This document shows, piece after piece, positions 27,057-39,590 of a stretch of DNA of 64,000 bases; position 1 is the first letter of the stretch; every line of letters starts with the position of its first letter. The DNA lies in assembly GCA_943704425.1 (NCBI GenBank), contig CALSCP010001735.1:1-64000 (forward strand). The letters run 5' to 3'. This stretch comes from Ministeria vibrans ATCC 50519. Its lineage: Eukaryota > Protista > Filasterea. A program made the position numbers and the translations under genes. The notes below the pieces were generated by a model. The model searched no databases and was not told where the DNA came from. It saw nothing but the letters and a program-made list of their open reading frames with translations.

Positions 27057-29375
27057 TTAGCGCCGATCCAACTCAAGGGACGAGGCCCAACCATCGACCA
27101 TTGGCACCTGCGCCTCATGTGCCTCTTCTTCATCCTCTCTCTGTCGGAGCTGCATCTGACTGTCTCCACTCGCACTACGACCACCACTACTACTACTAGC
27201 AGTACGATCTACACGCAGACTATTGGCCGCTGCTAAGCGGCGACGAACAACCACCAAAAGAAGGAGCGAGAGGAGTGCAACAGCGGCGACAGCGCCCACT
27301 GCAACACCCACGACCTGCCAAGTGGACAGTGTTGTGCTACCACCACCCGTGAGTCCACCACTCGAACTCACTGTGTACACACTGAATGAGGACACACACA
27401 GCGTCGCAATGCCACTTGTCATGTTCACGCGCGTCGGTGCGACAGGTTGCCAGTCATCCGACGACTCACTGCTTGCACGCAGAAACACAAGCGTGAAACC
27501 AGTCTCCAAAGCACTAGCATTGAATGCCATCTCAATGCACACTGACTCGCTCAGCACCGTTCCGTGCGGCAGCAACACCAAGTAGCCCAGTGCAAGGGCT
27601 GTCGTCGCCGTTGCGTCCGACACCGCCGTCTTGTCCACCAGTGCCGCAGAGACGACAATCGAGGCGTTGTTCAGCTCCCGTGCGCCCGTGGGTATGCGCA
27701 CCGTGACGCTCGAGTCTACTTGCAAGATAACTTCGCCCGTCCGCTCGGTCGCGTTGACAGGCACAGACACAGCTGACGCACACACACGATTGTTGACCAA
27801 CACGTCGGTGGACGTTGCGCACGAGCACTCAAACACCGAACCAACGACTGTTGTGCAGACAGCACCCGTGTGACAAGGAGACGACGCGCACGCATCCACC
27901 GGCGTCTCACAGTGCACGCCCGTGAAGGAAACAGCGCACTCACATGTGATACTAGCCACACCATCGCGACACACACCTTCGTTCAGACAGGGCGACGACC
28001 CACACTCGTCAACGTTCTCAGTGCATTGCACGCCCACAAAGCCATCGGTACAATTGCAGAAAATCCACACACCAGACGCGACATCGACAAGACACGCACC
28101 TCCATTGGCACACGGTGACGAGCTGCACCCGTCAATGGCAATGTCACACTGAGCGCCGGTCAGAGCCGCGCCACACGCACAGACATACTCATAGGGTGTG
28201 GTCTGCACACACGTACCGCCACCACACTGGGCGGACACACATGGATCAAGCTGCTGATCACACGTGTCTCCATGGTGACTAGACGTGCACTCGCACTCCC
28301 ACGACGTCCCATTCACTGCCACACAGGTGCCACCATTGGTACACGGGCTGCTATCACAGACGGTGCCAAGGAACACGTCGCACTTTGCGGCCGAATAGCC
28401 CGCCGAGCATGAACACTCAAACGTGCCCACACTTGAGCCTTCCGCACACGTACTACCATTAGCACACGGAGACGACGCACACTCATTGATGTCCTCCGTA
28501 CACTCAGAACCAGTCCAGCCGACAGTGCAGATGCACGCAAACGCGCTGGAACCGTCGACACACGTTCCGTTGTTCTGGCAGGGTGACGACACACACTTGT
28601 CCATCGCGGTATCACACGCGTCGCCAGTCCACCCGACAGCGCACTCGCAGCCATAGAAGAAGCCTTCGCCGTCCTCGTCGTCCTCCTGACACGTCGCTCC
28701 GTTAGCACAAGGCGATGATGCACAGGGTTCGTAGCGGACGACCGCAAAAACGTACAGTCCCTCGCCACACACCATCAGCACACCCGTCGTCGCATTCCGC
28801 TCAAACACCGCGTCCACGTCGCTCCCATCATCCGCCGTCATCTGTAGGTCAACCCAGGGAGCGCCGTCAGTGGCGCTTGCCGCTCCAAGCACAGTCATGT
28901 GTGTGAGCCAGGTGCCAAGCAGCTCGGCTCCCTGAACAAACACACATATTTGATCGGTGTATGCTTCGCCGGCCAATGTCACAACGGTAATGTTGTTTCC
29001 GCCCACCAGCGCAGTGTTCGACGGCAACGGAGTCCCATTGTCCTCGATCCACGCTGGCAGCGACACCATCGTGGCATCTAGCACATCGTCACTCGTCCAC
29101 ACTTCGGGCAAGTCATTTTTTACGAGAACACTGCGCGCAACAACCTTGATCGTCTCCGATGCATCTGTCGTTGCCTCATCAAATTCACTAACTGACCCCG
29201 CAAGTGCACGACGCGAAACTTGTCGCAACTCCTCCACTTCGCGACGTGTCACGACTCGGCGACGACGACGAAGAGGGGTGCGCCGCCGCCGCCGCCGACG
29301 AAGTGTAGTTCGTCGTCGTCGGCGCAAAACACGCGAGCGACGGCGCGTCGTATATCGACGCCTTGCAATGTAGAC

Positions 29376-29418
<43 letters not shown>

Positions 29419-32400
29419 GCATTGGACCAGCTGACTCGGCGCCGAACAGCGAGCGCTCGACGTCGCGTAGGTACTGGCAGTGGAGCTCGTCGTCGGCGCC
29501 GCTCGTTGTACCTGCATGTGGTAGCGGATGCACGCAGGTCACGGGCATCGCATTCGCAACGGAACGAAAGTGTGCCCGTCACAATGCACTCGGGAGTGCC
29601 TTCACAAGAACTGTCAACGCAAGTACACGCGCCTCCAACACCACACGGATTGCGCTGTGTCTCACACACCGCGCCAGAGTACAAGATGGGACAACGACAC
29701 CTATATCCTGGGAAATCTGGCACGCAGGTACCGCCATTGCGACACGGCGTGCTCAGACACGGCTCGATGAGACTCTGACATTGAGAGCCAGTTGTGTCTA
29801 TCGGGCAGACACACAATTCACAGTGTCCGCTCGTGGCAGAGCGAAGACTGCAGGTGCCCCCATTGCGGCATGCGTAGCTTGCCACCCCACTTCCTAGGCT
29901 CACTCGTGCCAACCAGGCCCCGCGCGAGTCTGCTGCACCAACAAGGAAGCCCGGTGCGCTCACGAGTGGCACGATCGAAAGTCGACCAACACTTGGTCCC
30001 CTCATACGTAAACTGCCAACCACCCTTCCCGCAACACAGGACGCTTTGCTTAGAGCACACTGAAAAAGCAACACCGTGCCGTCAGCTGTATGACGCATCA
30101 CAATAAACGCCGAGCCAAAAGCCGCTACGATGCGAGGCCAGGTACCTTCGGCGCGTCCCACACGCACGTCAAAACAATTTGTTCCCGTAAACTCACAGCT
30201 CGTCATCACAAGCATTTCGTCGCCGCCACCACCAGTGTTACCGCCGCTGCTCCATAGACTCGCCGCTAGCACACGGCGCGTCGTAGAATCAGTTGCGACA
30301 GCCGCATGACGCACAGTTGTGCCAAAATCGCCCCGTGTACTAATAACCATCGCCGACTGCACAACTCCCTGCGAGGTCGTGGACACGGATATAATAACAA
30401 GCTGCCCTCGCCAAATATCGGCGACAAAAGCACGTAGACCGTTCTGTTCGCTTGCAACGTCCGGCACTCCGTACACGTTTGAGGCGACCGTGTCACTGAC
30501 TGGCAATGCGCCATTTGAATTGCCGGCAAAGGCAATGACGTTGGCACGCAAGCGATCAGCCTCGCTGCACACAGTCGAAATCTTACCATGCGCAGCAGCA
30601 TACATTACACGCCCGCCAGCAGTACTAACCATTGCCGGTGAAATAGCGACAAGATCAGCGCCATTAGGAGCACTGCCAGAATAGACTGCCGTGCCACATA
30701 CACCATCGCTGCCTTGCTGGTCGGCTGTCGGGCGTGCCGGAGTCTGCCCAAGACCATAGACTGCACCCGACGCCGCTGCCGCAACCACCCGGGGGCCGAC
30801 TAGTTTCCCGGTAGGATTGGGTGTGTTCACTTGTACGATTGTGTCGCATGTCAGATTCGCGGTACAAACAGCCGTTGTACTGCGGAGCTGAGGTATAGCA
30901 CGAGGAAAAGCAAGCTGCTCCGAGAGTACGGCGTACACAGAGTCAGACTCGGCATTTACGCGACTTAGGGAAATGTGGGTAGCCGAGCTTGACGACATCG
31001 CTGGCGCAGTCAATGCAAGACGCCACTGAGAAGTGTGCCAGCTGGCGGCCTCACAGCGCGCACCATGCCGTCCAAAGGAACATTCGCAGCGAATCGTGCC
31101 CGCGCCGGCCAGACATCGCCCTCCCGGTCCACACGCGTCAACTGTGCACAAATCGAGAACTCGTTCACAGCGTGTGCCGGTGAATCCATTGGCACACACA
31201 CACGAAGGCGTACTGCCAATGCTGTAGCATGTACCTCCGTTGAAGCACATGCCCGCACATATGCTGCACTCGCTCATTAGCACTGTCACATCGAGCTCTG
31301 TGTTCACCACTGAAACAACAGTGTCAGTCAGTTGAGGTCGGTTCCGGGCGCTGGCAAGCATTGTTGCTCCAGAGCGAAGCGCGCTCATGCCCACCAGACC
31401 ACGAGCACTCAGGTTCAATTCAAGGCAACCGGTTGCGTTACGCTGACAGCGGAACACGGTGCGTGGTAGATCGACTGCTGCCTGAGGAGCCACAGTAAAG
31501 TCCACCGCGACGCCGGACACAGCTTTGACTGCATTAATAGATGCAGACGCTTCTGCCAAGGTCTCATTGCGCGAAGCAATGTGCTGCCACGCAAAGAACA
31601 AGTCGCCACTCGAAGAGCCCATAGAACTCACAAACACAAGCGGCACAACCGGCGAGGAGGGCACAGTCACGTGACTCATCAGGGTGCAGATGACCGCAGT
31701 ATTGTACACGACGGGGCACCGTAGTGCAATGACTGACAATGCCGGTGTCTGCGCAGTCAGCACCACGATCAGGCTGCTGCTGCCGGCGTCAAAATGCACA
31801 CCCGTGTGAATTGAGGACGGCAGCGCATTCCGACTCGTTTCCATCTGACTAAACGCAAAATCAGCACGCCAGTCGGACGCAATGCTGCTCGCCGCGGTGG
31901 GCGCATCAACCACAGTCGAGACAGCCGGATGGATGATGGCCACACTGATGGTATCGTTCGTCAAGATCACACAGGTCAAGAGAGCACCGGAACGCAGGGT
32001 GACGTGCAAGTGCGTGCAAAAGGGCGGAATACGCGGGTCGTTGACAAGAAGGGGGGAACCCCTGAGAGGCGTTGAGGTGACTGCAGCGGCATCGGCGGCC
32101 AGACGTGCACCCTGTTGCGTCTGTTGCACAAGCTTTACGAGGGTCAAATCACTCCATGGCAAAGCCGCTGGGTCTGTTGCAAGGGAGACAGCAACATATT
32201 GCTCGGCTGCGTCGTCCACAACAGAATCATCTATCGCAACAATGTCTTGGAACGACTGAAACGCAGCGACGAGGGTAACGCCAATGTCACAAACAACCAC
32301 GTCACTCCCGTTCAACAGACACTCGACAGCACCGAGACGTGCTTCACTGTCGGATGCGCGCAGCATCACTGCAAACCGATTACCGTACAGTTGATGCACA

Positions 32401-35400
32401 GAGCCAGTTGCAGTCCACCCCTCAACCCTGTACGCCGGCTGTGCTACGCAGGTCCAGGCTGGGGTACATCGGTCAAAATAAATGGTGGTTGCGCCCGCAG
32501 AGAAAGGGGCACCACGGAAGACAACTGCACCGCTACTCACGGGAAACACGCGTGGCTGCGCGGTAGACCTTGTCGACGGCATTCGGACGTCTACTACTGT
32601 CGCAACACAGCCGCACGTTGGCCCGAAAAACGTGGGAGGGCAAGTACAGGTGAAACTGCCAACTGTGTTGACACATGTACCGCCATTTTCGCACACATGA
32701 GGGTCACGGCACTCGTCAATGTCCCGTTCACAGTTTGCTCCGGCATAGCCAGCTGCACAGGTACAAGCGGCCGCGCCGGCGGGTCCCGCCACGCACTCAC
32801 CGCCATTCCGACAAGCGCCGTTGATCGAGCATACCGCCGAACAGTTCGTTGCGCGCCACGAAAGCCTTGATACAGTATTGTCCAGTGCGTGAACGAGAAC
32901 GTGTGCGTCGGTTGACTCCCCCCTCGATGACAACGGTGCTATTGTACGCATGGGGGTGCCGGATACGAGAAGAGTCAGGCGGTTGGAGCAGGATACAGAA
33001 GTGGTGCCAGCCAAGTCGGTTATAGAGCAAGTGGCGGTCGCCAGAGTGCTTTGCGTCCTGAACAGAATGACTAACGTGTCCGAGGGCGAGGAAGCAAAGG
33101 TGACAACCTCGGAGAATGGACCATTTCCCTCGTCGACAACACCCGACGTACATCGCAAGGAGGCTAACGTGCATACCACAATCGTTGGCCGTGGGAGAGC
33201 GCATACAATCGCCACTTTTCCGGCGTCCGCCAGGAGCTTCATTGCCGGCCCACCAGTGCACGCAACGCTTTCGACAAGGGACACGTCGACGGCGACACAG
33301 GTTGTATTTGAGAGCTGCTCCGACACAGAGCAGCGCACTACAACCACACGCGTTCTCTCAATGCTCAGCAAGACTATCACTTGCTCACGAGCAGCAAAAT
33401 ATAGCACCTGGTTCACAGTGACGTCGGCGGAGTCAGGCACAATCGAAACGGCGACAGCGATGCTTGTGCATGTCTGCGGAACAGCTTCAATCGACGTGGG
33501 GCACTGCGTGAGCAAGAGCGAAACAGATGTTCCATTTTGGTTTCGAAACTTCGTTGCAACGTACGTCACACTGCTGTCACCGTCTGCGGCACTTGATGTC
33601 GCCAGTGCCCACGAGGGCATCGCTTGACCACGACAAAATGTCTCAGGTGAATTGCCATCGCAACGTAAAATGACAGCGACGTCATCTTCTTGGCGAACAA
33701 CAGCAAATGCATTAGTGAGCGACGGTAAGGATGGCTCCAACACAGCGAGGACTTCAACAAATGGCGACTGCGTATCGTAAGCCACTTCAACGAGCTCCAC
33801 CGCCGCTTCACGAATAAGCGTCATATTTCCCGTGCCGTCAACGGCGACAATGAGGCCGGCGGTAAGACTAGCACGTGAGCTGGAAATGCTTAAAGATGAT
33901 GTGTCGAAAAGCACGGTGGAAGAGTCGACTAAGCAAACACGCTCACTGCACAGTGGTCCAGCGGTACCCGGGAGGCAGACACACGCAAAAGTCGATGCTA
34001 GGTTGATGCATGTTGCTCCAGCTGCACAAGGGTAGGAGAGGCAGCTGTCAATGCTCTTCGAGCACCGACGCCCTGTGAAAGTCGCCGAGCAGAGACACGT
34101 GTAGCCAGCGGTGGAAAGATCGTCGATGCACGTTCCACCATTCCAACACGGGTTGTTGGCACAAGCAAGAACGCACTGCCGTGTCTTAGCGTCACGCAAC
34201 ACCAGAACAGCCGAACGACTGGCGGANNNNNNNNNNNNNNNNNNNNNNNNNNNNNNNNNNNNNNNNNNNNNNNNNNNCCCCGGCTGTTTCACACGCGATA
34301 ATCGCCAACTGAGGAGCGGCGTTTGTGGCGGAGTTGACGTGACCGTTAACGACGCTCAGAAGCCGCGAGTTTGCCCCGTCGACAGCTGTGCGAATTGTGT
34401 AGCCCGAATTAGCAGTGGAGCGCTCCAGGGCGACTCTACACCGAGGGTTGCAAATAAAAATGACAAGATGGCCGGCGGTGGAAGAGATAGCAAAGCCCCA
34501 CAGAGACTGGGTGTCGTCAAGTGTAAAGGCAGCGAGGGCGAACGCATCGCTGGAAAATGGCACGGAAAACGTTTGAGAGACAGTCTGGAGAAGGGCACGT
34601 TGGCTATGTAGTGCTGTGCCAGTGCTCAGTTGCCCTATGGTCGAGCGCAACGACGGTAAAAAACTGGCAAGGTCACGCGTCACGACAGTGATGCGACGGT
34701 CAGGCCACACACGGACTACGCGTGAGCCGGAAGTTGAGCTGCTCAAAACGGACGCGCCAGAGTGCACGTTGAGAGGGACACCTGTCAAACTGACCGTCGA
34801 TGTCAATGTAATGTCGTACGAGGCGAACCCGTCAAGAAGATCAACCGAACCGCCAAGTGTCACCGATGGTGGCAAAACAAAGTTCCCCTTTGCGGCCGCA
34901 GCGAGCGTCGCCATTGAGGGAGAGGCCAGGCCAATGGGTGTCACGCTGCGCATCGACCATTTGAGGGTGCAGCCACTGAACGAGCATGTCAGCAGCTCTG
35001 TAAAGGCGCCAGCGTCGGCGCGTTGACCAAGCAATGACACGGTCATATTGGGTTCCGCCGTTGACATATATGTGCGGACGAGGTGAGATGACAAATGAAC
35101 GACGGCAAGCGAGCAGACTTTGACAGACAGTTCGCAGTCGCTCCCAGTAAACCCACTCGGGCAGACACAGCGATAAAGACCGGCAGAAACACCTTCTTCG
35201 GTGCACGAGGCGCCGTTGGAGCACGGAGACGAGGCACACTCGACAATGTTGCTTTCACATTGGGCACCGGTGAAGCCGGCGGGGCACTCGCACAAAAACT
35301 GTACAATATCGTCCAGGCATGTTCCGCCCGCAGCGCACGGCGACGACACGCACGGATCGACACGCTCTTCGCAGCGTCGTCCGATGAATTGTGATGGGCA

Positions 35401-38400
35401 CGTACACGTCCAATTACCGGAAGCGTCCGAGCATATACCGCCGTTCAGACAGGCGCCCAAGAAGCAAATGTTAAGGGCGGTCTCGCAGGCGGAGCCGGTG
35501 AAGCCAGCCGCACATGTACACACATGGGGATCCAGGGCAGACGTTGTACCGTTGATGAGCACGGGTGAACAAGATGCACCATTCTCACAGGGGTCCGAAA
35601 AGCACGAGCCAACAATCTCTGAGCAGGTGAGACCTCCGGTGATTCCATCACACTCGCATCGAGCTGCTCCATAGAGATCTTCGATACATGTAGCAGAGAC
35701 ATGACACGGCGATGACGAGCACTCGTGTATTTCAATGCCACAATGAACTCCAGTGAAACCAGGCAAGCACAAACACACATAAGGATCTTGTGCGTTGGTC
35801 GTCGCTACGTCACAAGTCGCGCCATTTTGACATGGTGACGACACACATGTGCCAAGAAACAGTTCGCAGTGCGCACCAACGTATCCAGCGACACACACAC
35901 ACGTTTTGAAGCCCAAGGTGTCCTCGGAACAGGTTGCGCCGTTTTCACATGGCGACGAAGCGCACTCTCCTCGGCGACACACGGGTTTGTATCGCGAGAA
36001 AACAGGACCCGGAATCACAGCAACGGTAGGTTGCAGCGGATGGCTCCACTTGAGCTGTAGCGACGAGACGGACACACCCTCAAAATACTCAACTTGAATG
36101 CGAACAGGGGTGCCAAGAAGGAGCGAGACGGAGGCAGAGTTCTCAGTGAGAGCAGGCGAGAACCAGCCGTCGATAAGAAGAACGCCGTTCAAGTAGAGAC
36201 GCGAGCCATCGTCGGCGACCAGAGAAAAGGAGTGCACTCCATTGGCAACTGGGCAAATGTAGCCATAAAGACGAAGTCCCCAATAGTCTGCCTCTGTCGC
36301 AGTGAAAGTGGAACCGTGGCTGAAGACATCATTTGTCTGAAACGACACTGGGCCTGACCAGGCAAAGAGCTGGGAAGGGAACGCTGCGACGTCCATGGTG
36401 GGAAAGTACTCGCTTTCCAAGCCAAACCCGTCCGCGTCGATTGCCGTCTCGCACGAGGATCCAGTGAATCCTGGCGAGCAAGCACATGCGACCGTGCTCT
36501 TCGCCACGGTGTGAGAGAAAAAATCACCGCTGATTAGGCGCCGAGCGAGACCAGGCGACGACCAAGAAAGCGCGAGACGATCGACGTCGACGCCCTCGTA
36601 ATAGTCGATGGCAATGGAGTGCAAGCCCTCCGTCAAAGTCCGTGTTGTACTGTGGTGGTCCACCGATGGATTGTGCCACTGTTGATAAACAATAGAGGAA
36701 AAACGAAGAGAACGACAAAAAAAATTAATAATAATAAAAATAATAATAATAATAACAATAATCAACGATGATAGTGTGTTACCAAATCGAATACAATGAC
36801 CCCGTCAATGTAGAGGCGGCATCCATCGTCACAGCTCAGGTACAGCGTATACGTGTCGGTTGATGGGACAGTAAGATTACCACGCAAGGCCAACGACCAG
36901 AGGTTGCAGACGGCCACACCTCCGATGGTCGCACCGCAGGCCGGCCCGAAGTGGAACTGCACTGGTCCAACTGTCGTGTAATTGCCAGAGACAGGGCCCT
37001 CTTGATGAATAGTATTCTGGTATACTTGGCCTAGAAGACCCGGTTTGACGTGTGTCGACGCGCAAGAGCCGCCATTGAAGCACGACTTGACAGCACCAGA
37101 GTTGCTGTCCTCGAGACAGGGATCACTTGTGAGAGTCTGTGCGGGCGCCGAGACATTGCCGCAAGGCTGGACAATACTGCCGACGGCACACATGCAAGCT
37201 GCGGTCTGTGTTGACGCGTACACCATAATGTTGTCGATGGCCCAAAACCAATCGTTGTCAGCGAGCAGAAATGCCCACTCGAGATCAACGTGTGTCAACC
37301 CCGCCTCGTGGGCCAGGGAGAGAATGACCTTGCGATTGTGTCCTGACCCGTTGGGTGTGTTCCAGTCGGGCATTGTGTTCGAGTCGACAAGGGCAGTCAC
37401 AGTGCCGTTTGGGAGTGTCGCTTTCACCGTCACACTAAAAGGAATTAGAAGAGGAATTAAAAAAGGGAGAAAGAAAGAAAAAAGGAATTATAATAACCAT
37501 TATCCAATCATTATACTTCAACAATTAATGCAAAAAAAAGTATGCGTGTCTCTTCCTCACCGGCTGTCAGAAGCTGGAATCCACAACGAGTCAAATGAGA
37601 CTTGGAGTGAATTAGAAACGACGTAGGCACTTGCAAAAGACACGCGTGTCCGCAAAAAGGTGTTGAACAAATTGTTTGCAACGTTGGTTCCATCACTGAA
37701 TTGATCGCCATCGGCTACAGCGATAACACCAGAGCCGAGAGTGAACCTAGGAAGTAGGGAGTAGCGTTGAAAGGATGAGGGAAATAAATTTAATATTATT
37801 ATTATAGAAGAAGAAGACGACATTTCCAATATTATAAAGTTTCTCACTGTGATCGCCCATTGTCGGCAGCTGTGGTAATCCACCATTGCTTGGAAAGAAA
37901 AGACCAACCATAAAACTCGATAGGGTTTCCGCTGGGTGTTTGGGAACGGTCTACAGTGAATCCCAATGGAGGGGTTTTCGTGTAGACAGCAGTCCCAGCG
38001 GACTCGGTCGATGAAACAGCGTCTTTGAGGACTAGTTGCTCAAAGTTCTCGTTCAAAAATGTTTCCGTGACAGCACCCGAGAGCGTGCAGGTACCGCCAC
38101 TCTCGCAAACTACGGCGGCGCACGGATCCGGATACACCGCCAAAGATGGCAAGGGCAACGTGGCAACAAGCAGAGTTATTACCAGCCCTATTGACCTCAC
38201 TGTGAGTACGAAACACGGAGTTACATCGGCAAAGGCAAAACAATAATAATAATAATAATAAAACAATTGAAAACATTATTAGAATTACAAGAATTAGAAG
38301 AAGAAGAAACAATATAATATTGGAGTAATAAATAATAAAATATTATTATTACTATAATAAAAATATTATTAGTGAAATTAATCATTTTCTGCCCAAGCCC

Positions 38401-38482
38401 CAAGGAAAGAAAAGTCGAAAGGCAATAAAAATAGACCTGACGGAAACATCCCAACCACATTAGCCCTCCGTGACAGTATCAT
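27057..38482 (-). CDS. Giant (~3,600 aa) type I membrane protein: signal peptide, bacterial-like beta domain, 2 PA14, many EGF repeats, Cys-knuckle modules, poly-Arg, 2 ZU5-like, TM, short tail
   Basis: Exon 1 MILSRRANVVGMFPS splices to VRSIGLVITLLVATLPLPSLA. ORFs 37844-38266, 37557-37907, 36762-37433, 34192-36765 and 27057-34292 are linked by GT-AG introns and one N gap. EGF motifs such as CASSPCANGATC and DINEC; PA14 SCDDGCRLYIDG and ADDGSRLYLNG; TM WQVVGVAVGAVAAVALLSLLLLVVV-RRR. Confidence 0.88.
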
Positions 38483-39249
38483 AATGCTATAACCGATTAA
38501 CCGTGGCGGACAGCAGTGTTGCAAAAGGAGCGGTCGATCTCAAACAGGGAGTGTTGGGGAGTGTGAGGTGTCAGCGATTTCGACGAAGGAAAGAAATTAG
38601 GCATTAGCTGCACAGGGAAGCGCATCCACTAGCCCGAAATCAGCACAGGACATGCATAAACAGTTAAAATCTACCTACCAGTAGCGCAGAGGTCCTGCAC
38701 AATTTATGCGACGCGAAATCGTTTTTTTTTTTTGTTTTTTTCACTAAACAATCAAAAAGCAGCCAAAATGCTATACCCCCGATCATATCAGCTTCTGGTG
38801 ACCACCGAAAAGGGGTTAAAACAGTCATAAATACCACGGACTAAACGGAAGCGATGAATGTTCCGCAATAATACCACATGTCGAAAAAAAATATTAAAAA
38901 TTAACAAAACGAAAAAGCCACTCGAACTGAACGTAGCCACACGTAAGGCCAACATCATACATGGGTTAGTTCACTTGTGCGCCTTACTGTTGGGTTGCTG
39001 AAGGGCTAGACGTTTTCAAGTTCTGAGGGGGAAGCAAGTGAAGAGAAAATAGATTGATTCATATCTAAGATTAAGGCAGGAAGATCGAACAATACCATTC
39101 TCCTTGCTTGGGGATCTTTGCATTCTTCCGAGGATATCCGCCAAGCATATCACCGCTCCACAGCTGTATCAACGAGCGTGTTCGCGACGACCGGCACTCC
39201 CTCGAAGAAGAAAATTCGAAGAAAGAGTGCAAGTGAATCTTCGACTCAG

Positions 39250-39372
39250 CTTGCTTAGCTTAGTGTGTTTTCAGCTTAGTGTGCTTGCTTAGTGTGTGCT
39301 TAGTGTGTATGTGCTTAGTGTACCTATAAGTGTGTGCTTAGTGTACCCCATAGGTGCGTCGTGCTAAGTGTG
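39250..39372. repeat. Degenerate GCTTAGTGT(GT) tandem array
   Basis: About seven copies of GCTTAGTGT or close variants in ~120 bp. Confidence 0.85.
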
Positions 39373-39417
39373 TGTGTGTTTTGTGTGTGTGCAATATAAA
39401 GTTAGAGAACTTGGTAG

Positions 39418-39590
39418 ACTTCTGACGCCTTCTCATTTTTTTCAGTTTTCACATGACTGTCATTAAAAAATAACTGTTTATAATTATTATTATTTACTTA
39501 TTTACTTCTGAAGCGTTCTCATTTTTTTCAGTTTTCACATGACTGTCATTAATAAATAACAGCTGTTTATAATTATTATTATTTATTATT
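39418..39590. repeat. ~87-bp imperfect tandem duplication
   Basis: TCTGA..TTCTCATTTTTTCAGTTTTCACATGACTGTCATTAA..CTGTTTATAATTATTATTATTTA occurs twice in succession. Confidence 0.9.

Noticed and set aside
34192-34292. Apparent frameshift or pseudogene between the two large receptor ORFs
   Set aside because: The frame change coincides with an N gap of uncertain length.
27057-38482. Calling the receptor Notch, Crumbs or fibropellin
   Set aside because: No LNR, ankyrin, laminin-G, CUB or avidin domain recognised; only generic EGF similarity.
39250-39372. GCTTAGTGT array as CRISPR or telomeric repeat
   Set aside because: Units are short and irregular with no unique spacers, no cas genes and no TTAGGG; the context is eukaryotic.
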